This document shows, piece by piece, positions 47,238 to 59,063 of a DNA stretch of 64,000 nt. The translations under genes were made by a program, and so were the position numbers. Within the stretch, counting starts at the first letter, position 1; each line of letters opens with the position of its first letter. Source of the DNA: the human T2T-CHM13v2.0 reference genome, Homo sapiens; the NCBI RefSeq assembly GCF_009914755.1, contig NC_060940.1, one strand, 5' to 3'. The notes beneath the pieces are model-generated. The model was not told the origin of the DNA. It saw only the letters and a list, made by a program, of their open reading frames with translations, and made no database searches.

Positions 47238-47530
47238 CAGCAGTCCCCCTTATCCACGGGGTGTATGTTCCAAGACCAGCAGTGGATGCTGGAAACCATG
47301 GACAGTATCAACCTCTATGCGTTTTTTCTTATACACCTGTACTGGTCACAAAATTTTAATTTATAAATTAGGCACAGCAAGAGATTAACAAGAATAAGTA
47401 ATAATAAAATAAGAAAATTATAAACAGTATACTATAATATGGTATGTGGTCTCTCTCTCAAAATAGCTTACTGCACTGTATAGGGTAACTAAAACCCCAG
47501 ACAGGACAACCGCAGCTGAGGGGGCTACTG
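47238..47530 (-). mobile_element. MER44A-like Tigger MITE in CREBBP intron 24
   Basis: Terminal inverted repeats cagcagtcccccttatccacgg ... ccgcagctgagggggctactg, preceded by TA; internal ttataaattaggcacag. Confidence 0.8.
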
Positions 47531-47655
47531 CACGCATTCGCTGCTGCAAAGTCTTGGAAGGATGACCTCAAACTCAAGAGCTTTGCAGAGAGCAGGCTCT
47601 GGCAAGCGGGCGTGGGGACTGCTCGCAGAGCACTGTAGAGAGCAGGCACACTGAC

Positions 47656-47806
47656 CGTGACTTCATCCCGGGCTTGACCTCCACCGTCTTGTCTGAGCTG
47701 GCCACCACTCGGACAAAAACCTCCCCGGCTTCAGGGTGATTCTGGCGCCGCAAAAATTTGTTCACTCGGTCTTCCAAGTGGTTTCCCAGTCTTGTGGTCT
47801 GCAGCC
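47656..47806 (-). CDS. CREBBP: CREBBP exon 24 (start of KAT)
   Basis: tcctag|GG...ACG|gtcagt; 151 nt; LQTTRLGNHLEDRVNKFLRRQNHPEAGEVFVRVVASSDKTVEVKPGMKSR. Confidence 0.97.
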
Positions 47807-50336
47807 CTAGGAAGTCCAGAAGGAGCAGGTGAGAGGGCTTCAACAGCACTGCTGAGACAGTGACTGAGACTAGAGAATCCACCCCACTTTGCAGCACAGG
47901 CTGATATTTTAAAGGACTAATGTTCTCCAAACACGGAAGAAATCTAATCTGTCCTGTGACACGAGTGTTATATAAAGGAAAGGTGGACTCTGGGATCTCA
48001 GGCACTCCACTCCTGAAAACCGTTTACGTGCCCAGGTAACCTGCATCTTTTTCTAACAGTATGGGGCAGAAGACCTATAGCGGTGGGTCCAAAATTGACA
48101 GGGGCTCTAGGGCGGAGCAGATGGATGTTTCCCTGTTGCTTCCCGCTTTCCCTGGAGGGCAGAGATGGCACACCCTCAGTGGGCTCCTCCTGCCCAGCTC
48201 TGAGGAGAAAGTCCCTACTATGGAGTCTGACGTGAACGTGGAACGTTCTAGGGCTAACCAATTAAGCTCTGGCCAGAGCCTGTCCGGTGCCTCAGGAGCT
48301 GGCAAAGTATTGGTGTCCAAGCCTGCCCTGAGCCATCGCCTCGTGCGGTGCACGAATGAAGTTTCCGAGCCTTGGCGAGGGCAGCCTTTCCTGGGCTCAC
48401 CTCCCCGCCGCCACCCCTCCTCACCCAGGGCCAGCCCCGGGAGGGCTACCGTCACAGGAGCTAGCCAGAGGCAGGACATTACTTCAGGACAGAGAACGCC
48501 TCATATACAGGTTAAAGAACTATAAGGGAAAGTTGCAAAAGGTTCTTAGTGATTACGTATAGACAATGAGATTTTAAAAGATGTTTTCTTCTTTGCTGGC
48601 TTTTAAATATTTCCTACATTAGTGAGAAATAGGAAAATTGGGAATTTTCGAAGATTCCTTAGCGAGCTAGAAAATTTAGACCAAACTTCTAAATTTCATT
48701 TTTCTGCAATAAACAAACCAGTGGTGCTGATTTTTGGATAAGTTGTACCTGAATAAAAATGATTTAAAAAGAAAAATGTGGCCGGGCACAATGGCTCATG
48801 CCTGTAATCCCAGCACTTTGGGAGGCCGAGGCAGGTGGATCACCTGAGGTCAGGAGTTCAAGACCAGCCTGACCAAAACGGAGAAACCCCATCTCTACTA
48901 AAAATACAAAATTAAGCTGAGCGCAGTGACTCACACCTGTAATCCCAGCTCTTTGGGAGGCTGAGGCGAGTGGATCACCTGAGGTCAGGAGTTCGAGACC
49001 AGCCTGGCCAACATGGTGAAACCCCCGTCTCCACTAAGAATGCAAAATTAAGTCGGGAGCGATGGCTCATGCCTGTAATTCCAGCATTTTGGGAGGCCGA
49101 GGCAGGCGGATCACGAGGTCAGGCGATCGGGACCATCCTGGCTAACACGGTGAAACCCCATCTCTACTAAAAAACAGAAAAAATTAGGACTACAGGCATG
49201 GTGGCGGGCGCCTGTAGTCCCAGCTACTCGGGAGGCTGAGGCAGGCGAATGGCGTGAACCCGGGAGGCAAGAGCTTGCAGTGAGCCGACATCACGTGACT
49301 GCACTCCAGTGTGGGCGACAGAGCGAGACTCTGTCTGCACAAACAAAACAAAACAAAAAAAAAACAAAAAAACCCCCCAAAAAAACAAACAAAAAAAACT
49401 CTTCCAGAGTAACTTCGCTATTTGACACCTGTGATCCACACATGGCTGCATACTCCAGAGGTGGTCTCAGACAGCACAGGGGTCTAGGCGCAGGCCGTGC
49501 TCACTGCGGTGCACTCTGCGCAACCTTCCTCACAGTGCTGCCTCCTTTTCTGTTATCACTCGATTTGGCCACTGTTCCTACTTTTTCATCACTCCTTGCC
49601 ATTGCTGCAGTTATGTCCTTGTATGTGCCGTTATGCATATGTGCAAATATTTTTATAGGATACATGTGTGAAAGTAGACTTGCTAAATCTAAAAATGAAC
49701 ACTTTAAATTGTGCCCCTCGCTTTCTGGCATTCAACTTGTATCTTCATCCATGGCGCATGACAGGGGCCTTTTGTGCCTTTTCCTTTCTCATCTCTGGGC
49801 TGTATCTTTTTAAGGAAGGCTTTTCATAACTCAACACAATAAAATTATTATCTTACTTTTATCCTGAATGCATCTGCAGTTTTGTTTACTTTTCTCGCTT
49901 TTTAATCTACCTGAATTTGGTTTTGCATATGGTGTATGCGAAGGAGATGGTTTTCAATGCAAGATTAAGGAAGCATACCTTTACTCTGTGATCAGACACC
50001 ACAACGCCTGTGCTGACACACGCTCACACTGAGAGTAGAGCTACCTCTAGTCTCCTAGGCCCTTTTCTCCAGTAATGTTCCATTTCTAGATCTTGGGCTC
50101 ATCTACCGAATGCCCACGGGTCTTTCTGGATGCTGCGGTGGGAGGGGGCTGGACCTGCTCTGGGGCCACTTGTGCCATTCCGCCCAGTCACCTCCTGCCC
50201 CTTTCAGGCAATGACTGTTCTACGGAGGCCTAGTTCTCTGGGTAATTCTGTTTTGGCTACTGAGCCTCTGGCCCAGGGAAGAACTTCCAATTTGCTCAAA
50301 TGCATTAGCGAACTCACTCAGAGTGAATCCTCTGAA

Positions 50337-50558
50337 GCAGGGCCTCTCAAATGGAGGCAACTGTGCCCCTCCAGGGGACATCTGGCAATGTCTGGAGACA
50401 TTTCTGACAGACGTAATGAATTGCTGAGGAAGGTGTTACTGGCACTGAGTGGGCAGAGGCCAGGCATGCTGCTAAAATCCTGTAATGCGCAGGACAGCCC
50501 CTAAAACAGAGGGTTACCTGGCCTGAAATGTCAACAGTGCCTCAGTTGAGAAACCGAG
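50337..50558 (+). mobile_element. MER20 (hAT-Charlie) element
   Basis: ccaggggacatctggcaatgtctggagacattt...gaggccagg..atgctgctaaa..cct...aatgtcaacagtgcc..gttgagaaac. Confidence 0.85.
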
Positions 50559-51116
50559 CTAAGGAAAAGTATTACAATAGTTTATCAATGAGTGATATTT
50601 CACAAGTTTTTAACAGAGGCAGTGTAAGCTATTGCATAACTTTGGATGTTGGTTAACAACAGAGTTTGAACTTGAATTAAGACTCAGTCTCAAGTCTACA
50701 GGGTGGCTTCCTCCTCCCCTTCCCCCAGTGCATGGTCCATCCTAGCATTTCCATCTCTCTTCTACTCTGAGCTCCCCAAATGACCCTGGTTCTATTGGGG
50801 ATCTCCTGAGCAACATGCTAGTCACCTGTCCTGCCAGAGAAAGGTGACAGCTGTAGGGAGCAGCTGGCAAGTCAATGTTAGAACACTGCTGCAGTTGCCG
50901 TTCTTGTGTGGGTTTGCTGGTTAACTCGGCAAAAGGCCAGCCTGGCGCGTCAAGCTGCAGAAGGCCATCCCAAGACTTGAGAATTGACTCTATAAAGATT
51001 AAATAACCATAAACTTTTGATAACAATGCAATGTGGTCTTAAAAAAAAAAGTCAGCCGGGCGCGGTGGCTAATGGCTGTAATCCCAGCACTTTGGGAGGC
51101 CGAGGCGGGCGGATCA

Positions 51117-51364
<248 letters not shown>

Positions 51365-52150
51365 TTACTTCTAGCAGTAACAGGTTGTTCCTTCTATTTC
51401 TGCACAGGCACCACCAGCTGCAGTAACATGTCCAGCCAAGTCCACATGCAGGCCAGGCTCCTACCGCTCCTGGGGTGGTGGCTGGTTCCCAGAGGCCATG
51501 GCTCATACCCCACTGTAGCAGAAGCCAGCACCCACGGGACAGACCCACGGCAGCCCACATAGGGCCCAGGGTTAGAGAGTGCTGGCCAACATTACACCAC
51601 ACATGCACGCACGAGGGGTGAGGGGTCTTAGGTCTAAACCACTTGAGAATAATCTGTTGATAAATTTTCTCAGAATTTACAAAGTTTACTGCACATCTAA
51701 CCTTTCATCTAAAACATGCGCTGATCATAAATGCTGACTTTCATATAACAATCAGGCCAAATATTCCCTTTAAGGGTGGACTGAGATGTTTTACACTTGA
51801 TGAAGATCCACAGCCCAAGGCTGCGAGTCCTGCTCTGAGCTCTGTGCTCAGCAGCCCCGTGGCTGAGATGACCATTCTGAGAAGCACAGACTTCAGGGAC
51901 TCACAGCTGTGCTGCCTATTCTCAGTGAAGCCCCTGAAGAACATTCTTGCATTCTTACCCTCATGACTGGCCTGGCTCTCCTTAAGGATGAGACAAGAAA
52001 AATACAAAGTACTGGGGAAAAAACTAACGAAAATCTTTGACAACCGAACCTCAGAACCATGTGTTGAGAGGAACCAAAGAACAATGGGGACAATTTCTAC
52101 AAGTTTCTAAAATGTGCAGTCCAGGAAACAGAAAGCTTCCCGAAACTTAC

Positions 52151-52218
52151 TCTTAGCACTGAATTTGTTTTCTTTTCGAGGTCTGCCAGTTTTCTTCAAG
52201 CAGTTGTCGCACACAAAA
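52151..52218 (-). CDS. CREBBP: CREBBP exon 23 (PHD finger end)
   Basis: ttgcag|T...AGA|gtaagt; 68 nt; FVCDNCLKKTGRPRKENKFSAK. Confidence 0.97.
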
Positions 52219-52533
52219 CTGCAAAATAATAGTGGTATGATGAGACTGTATATAATGATGTAAATTGTCAAACCAACAAAATGCAGCATTCAGATAGTTT
52301 GTTGGCAGTTTAAATCACATTATTATAAAATTAAAGAGTGAAGAGGCAGACTGCTTTGATTCCACAATTCCTAAAGCGGACAAACGCTTAGAACTTAAAT
52401 TTAGAACCAACTGCCATCTCTCTTAATCGCTGAATTCTTGCTGACAACAATGAATGAGATGCAGTAGCCACTGCAACTGCCCCGCCACTGGCTCTGTGCA
52501 GAACTGCCCTCCAGGCCAGGGGAAACAACTCAC

Positions 52534-52611
52534 CCTGAAGGCCAAATGATGTCATAGTGCAGAACGCAAATCTGATGCATCTTCCGGCCACACTCCTTGC
52601 AATCAACGAAA
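52534..52611 (-). CDS. CREBBP: CREBBP exon 22 (PHD finger)
   Basis: tcctag|T...AGG|gtgagt; 78 nt; FVDCKECGRKMHQICVLHYDIIWPSG. Confidence 0.97.
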
Positions 52612-54048
52612 CTAGGAGGCAAAGAAGGCGCACTGTTAAAGCACACGGAACCACAAGACCAGAGTCACTTGTAGAAGTCTGTGTGTGCGTCCACACCTTG
52701 TTCTCTGGGTTACTTTGAGTAGTGCTGACATTAATGCGTGTGTTGGCTGATTCAGCTATATTTTACAATGCATCCGTATGATATCTTCTACAGGAAAAAG
52801 CTTTCTTCTTTTGTTTGTACAAGCGCTTCATTCCTCTTTTCTCCCAATCTCCCTTTGCAACCAGAAAGGAAACTTTACTTTTTAAAAATTGCTGCGACAA
52901 ATACATATTTCACAGGCCGGTATTTCTGACACTGCTACACATTTGCAAGAACAATGCCTTCTCTAGGTGATTTCACATGCCAAAACTGACTTAAAAAATA
53001 GAGAACAATACTTTGAGTTCTAAACATGTGCTCTTAAGTCTAAAATTGTTGAGGATACTAATGGGAAACACGGCCAGTTCAGAGCAGCCACGCTAGGCGC
53101 GAGGCACAAAAACACCAGTTCTGAGTCAGTTACAAAAGGTGGAATGTGTCAGGCCTACTGGCAAGTTGACAAGGGTTTATTCAAGTAAACACTGGTGAAG
53201 CGAGAGAATGGACCACCCATTCCCCACGAATCCTCCACACTGTTCTACGGCAGCCCACAACCACGGCCCACCAGGGCTCCGTCACCTCCAGGAACCGCCT
53301 CAACCCAGGAATCTTAAATGCCAAGATGACATTTTGAGGTCAAGACCTTGGGTTTTTGTCAGCTCCCTCCCTTGCTGCCACCACAATGCATACCTCCGAG
53401 GACAGGCTGAAGGGACTGGTGAGTAATGTGATTCCCTGTGTGCTCCTGAGCTTTGAGCTACAGCTCCTCTAAAGTGTGCCCCTGCCCTCGTCCCCTTAAT
53501 CTGTCCATTGCACGTGCTATGCAAGCCCTCAGCCATGGGTCTACCCTCATCTGGCTTCTCTGCCCAGTCTGCTGGAGGGAAAGAAAAGACACACACACAG
53601 ATCTGTGAAAAAAAAAACACACACACACAAATGGCGGCACCCGTTCATGGTCCTATGGCACTCTCTGACAGCCCGGCTCTGTCTGGCTACCTCTCCCTTC
53701 CACGTGGCAGCTGCTCTGAATCTGCACTCCTTTCCTCCAGTGCTTATCCTCCACAAGCTCTGTCTTTGACAACTCAGCCACTGAGCTCATCCCCAACGCT
53801 AAGAATTTCAAAGGTTGGGGCCAAGAACTTCCTCAATTCCTGTGCCGTCTCCAAAGGTCCCCTGCTCTCAACTCTTCCCTCCCATGTCAGGGGAAAGGAG
53901 TGTCCCCCAAAACTACACTGGGGACAGGTGCAGTGGCTCACACCTGTAATCCTAGCATGTGGAGAGGCTGGGGTGGAAGGATTGCTTTACTGGGAGTTTG
54001 AGACCAGCCTGGGTAAAATAGGGAGACCCCATTTCTACAAAAAATTTA

Positions 54049-54246
<198 letters not shown>

Positions 54247-54439
54247 CTAGACCCCATGACATCCATTTTGAATTTCCCCCTTTCTCCCACTCCCAATTAT
54301 TATGGGCCAACTAGATGTCTCCCCTTCCCTCAGTCCCCCAGCAAGCCCCCCTGCCTGGCTCCAAAAGCTCTTGCTTTAATTGGTGTTTCAGTTTCTTGCC
54401 TTCTCCTGCTTTGTGTCTCTTAACTAACTTCTCTACTAC

Positions 54440-54905
54440 AGAACAATGTCTTCTCCTCTTCTGTTCAGTTCACCTCATAGACCAAAGATGACCCTCTTAC
54501 ACTAGAACCAGTGCTATTCTTCAAAACCTCCTCAGCACATTATAGGATAAAGTCTAAACGTCAAGAGACAGTGTAATGGCCCTTCATGAAGTTAACCTCT
54601 GCCTACCAACCACCCACTCTAGGGGCCTTGTAGTTTTATTGAGCAACCTGTGTTCTTTCATGCCTTTGTTTCTAGAATGCTCTGCAGCTTCAATGTAAAT
54701 GTCATCTTGTCCAGGAAACCAGGCGCAACTGTGGTGATGCCGCTCTGCCCAAGCAGGGTCCCTTCTGTCTGGGACTCACTTGTACTGTCTCCTGCTGCAG
54801 GCTGTGCCATTACCCAGCTGTCTCTCTAGACTACAACCAGCAGGAAGGAGACCCCTTCACTCATCCATGTGTTCCCTCTGCCTGGCACCTACTACTTGAA
54901 TGTAA
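54440..54905 (+). mobile_element. L2 fragment
   Basis: ttataggataaagtctaaac, aaatgtcatcttgtccaggaaacc, ctagactac..., gcctggcac motifs of the L2 3' region. Confidence 0.5.
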
Positions 54906-55031
54906 TATATTTTGAAGTTGAAAAGTAGATATAAATTGGCCGGGCACGGTGGCTCACGCCTGTAATCCCAGCACTTTGGGAGGCCGAGGTGGGTGGATCA
55001 CGAGGTCAGGAGTTCAAGACCAGCCTGGTCA

Positions 55032-55631
<600 letters not shown>

Positions 55632-56216
55632 TCAGGAAAAACAATCCGATGGTCATGAGAGGGGTGGGCGCTCTGCCCTGGCATCTCGCCAAGACTACAG
55701 CTCTAGGATTTCACATCATCGTCCTGTCTGTGTACCATGTGCTGGTAGAGATGAAGTAACCTGCCAAAAGTCAAGCTAGGTTTCCAGAGGTGGCCTGGGT
55801 AGAAATCTGTGCTTGCCACTCTAGCCACTGGCTTCCCTGGAGAGGGTCAGGATAGGGAGAGCAGGGTCTGTTTCTTGCCTTGGCTGAGTCACAGCCCACA
55901 CTTCCCAAGTAGCCAACGCTCCTGGAGCCTGTGCTCACCCTGGGGACAAAAAATAGCCAGTATCGCCATGCCAATTTGGAGCGCCCTCAGAACTTTACAT
56001 TGGGGACCTGGGAAGAGGCTACCACACTGAAAAAAATCTGAAGTCTCTTTAGGGGCTGTTATGAAGCAAGGTTAGCAAATGCAGCACTCTCACTCATCAC
56101 TGTAGAAAAGTGCTTAACAGGGCCGGGCGCGGTGGCTCACGCCTGGAATCCCAGCACTTTGGGAGGCCGAGACAGGCACATCACCTGAGGTCAGGAGATC
56201 GAGACCATCCTGGCTA

Positions 56217-56475
<259 letters not shown>

Positions 56476-56883
56476 TTATTTGAGAAAGCAGTTTCCAAGA
56501 GGTTTTCTTTCTGGTATTTCCCTTTAAACGATACTACTAGTACTACCCCACCAAATACTCCTAACCTTTGGTCTCTAAAGATTCATGCTAAATGGCTTCT
56601 TAAAGACACCCATGACCAAATTATTAGAGAGGTTCTCATAGAACTAAAACATCCATTTAATCTTATCATTGTTAAAATCCAGTAACTAGAGTACATGTTA
56701 CAGAGACATACATATTTTGTTTAAGTTTAAAAGAAATCTATATCTAAAAGATAACCTCACACCAGAAATTCCACTTACGGCAACATATTTCCAATGTTTT
56801 TACCCACAACCCACTCCATAAGGAGTAACTTTACCGATTTCAAACCAAAACTGAAAGTAAAAAAGAAATAGCTATATACTTAC

Positions 56884-56940
56884 GGTTCGGGGTCTAAGGT
56901 ATCATTTTTCTTCTTTTCAAACTGATCCTTTGAAATTGTC
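56884..56940 (-). CDS. CREBBP: CREBBP exon 21 (RING region)
   Basis: aacaag|G...ACC|gtaagt; 57 nt; TISKDQFEKKKNDTLDPE. Confidence 0.96.
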
Positions 56941-58682
56941 CTTGTTTTAAAATAAGAAAACATGTTTTATTAACTAAAATTTATCTGTTGAGTATAAACT
57001 ATAGGGTCTCTGGAATGTTATTTTGTAACTAGTTCTTCAAACAAAAAGACATGATGGCCCCTTAAAATCTCAAGTACATGTAATAACGGAATGAACAGAA
57101 AATTTAATTTCGTAGAACACTACAATGTCTTTTTCTACATATTCCACTATCATTTCTTTTCCTTCTGTTTTTTCAGAGACAAGGTCTTGCTCTGTTGCCC
57201 AGGCTGGAGTGCAGTGGCGTGACCATGGCTCACTGCAGCCTTAACCTCCTAGGCTCAAGTGATCCTCCTGGGTAGCTGGGACTATAGGCATGCACCACCA
57301 GGACTGGCTAATTTTTTGATTTTTTGTGGAGATGAGGGTCTCATTATGTTGCCAAGGCTGAACTCAAACTCACCCCGGTTCTGAGTAGCTGGGACTACAG
57401 GTACAAACCACCACGCCCTGTTAAGTTTTTTTAATTTTTTGTAGAGATGGGGTCTCACTATGTTGCTCAGGCAACAATCCAATTATTAATCACACAACTA
57501 GACTAAAGAGAATTAGGATGACAAGGGAAATAAATTGAAAATGTAGAATTTCAGTCACTTTGGTTTGTTTGTCTTACAAGTTAGGTTTTTTCTGCATTTG
57601 AACAAAGAAAATGGTAGAGCGTAAGTGCCTACACTGCTGGAAGAAGCTCCTGTGGCAAACCCTTCCTTTCTGTTGGGGAAGTCACACTGTGGTAGGGTGG
57701 TAGGAATCATGGAAGACTGGGGAACTCAGTCTGACGAAAAGAGGGAACGGCAGACCTGGGCAGATGTGGTGGGTGGCTGGCAGGTTTTTAGTTACTTAAG
57801 TATAGAAATGAGTTGATAACACAATTTGTGCATTTGCTTTTTCTTGCCACACAGTGGCCATTCTAACACTCGAAGGTAACTCTGCCGGATAATAAACACT
57901 GGAAATACAAGTTTAACCCTGTGCAGGAGTGAACTAACAAAGTCATAGCTGTCCACTTTGGAGCTGGTAAACAACAGGTAAAGCACTAGTGAAGGAAGGA
58001 AACACATTTAGACTTTAGGCCAAAAAATGGGGTTGGAGAACACTGGAATCCATTAATCTGGATTAGACTTCAGTAACTGAAAGGATGGAGGTTTAAGTGG
58101 AGATAAACTAAATGTAAAGGGCAGGGCATGTACACCAAACTCATTTTTTGCTACTGCCAGTTCTGCAAATGGGGATACCTGGTTTCTCAGGTATAACTGA
58201 AAATTTACATGGTCGGGCATGGTGGCCCCAGCACTTTGGAAGGCCAAGGCAGGAGGACTGCTTGAGGCAAGAGTTCAAGACCAGCCTGGGTAACAACAGT
58301 GAGACCCCATTTCAAAAAAAAAATTAAAATAAAGAAAATTTCTAATTCCCCAAAATGGAACCACTAGGAAAAAGCAATTATTTTAGAAAAAAAGACAGAC
58401 CAAGGTCAAGAGAGACCAGTGGTCTCCAGTGGTAGGCCACAGTACCACCGCCTTGAATGATAAAGGCAGAGGTGGCGCTGTGGTTCAGCCAAAACACATT
58501 TTTCAGTGTAAATGTATACGTATACACATATTCAAATTAAATGTGATCATAGTTAATATGAAACAAACCCCACAACACAACAGACTGTAATCCCAGCACT
58601 TTGGAAGGCCCAGGCAGGTGGATTGTGCTTCAGTCTAGGAGTTTGAGACTAGCCTGGGCAACATGGCGAGACCTCGTCTCTA

Positions 58683-58880
<198 letters not shown>

Positions 58881-58982
58881 TCAAAATGGCACCGGTACCT
58901 TCCTTATAGTCATTGGTAAGAGGAAAAAACAATTTAAGGTCACCCTCCCTCACCCCAGAGAAAATGACAGGACGGTACTTAC

Positions 58983-59063
58983 GTCTGGGGCTGTGAAGGG
59001 TCGTCACCCAGGGTCACATTCTCGCCCTGGATCTCTGTGAAACACTTCTCACAGAAATGATAC
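58983..59063 (-). CDS. CREBBP: CREBBP exon 20 (RING domain)
   Basis: tgacag|G...GAC|gtaagt; 81 nt; YHFCEKCFTEIQGENVTLGDDPSQPQ. Exon 19 is beyond the window end. Confidence 0.96.
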
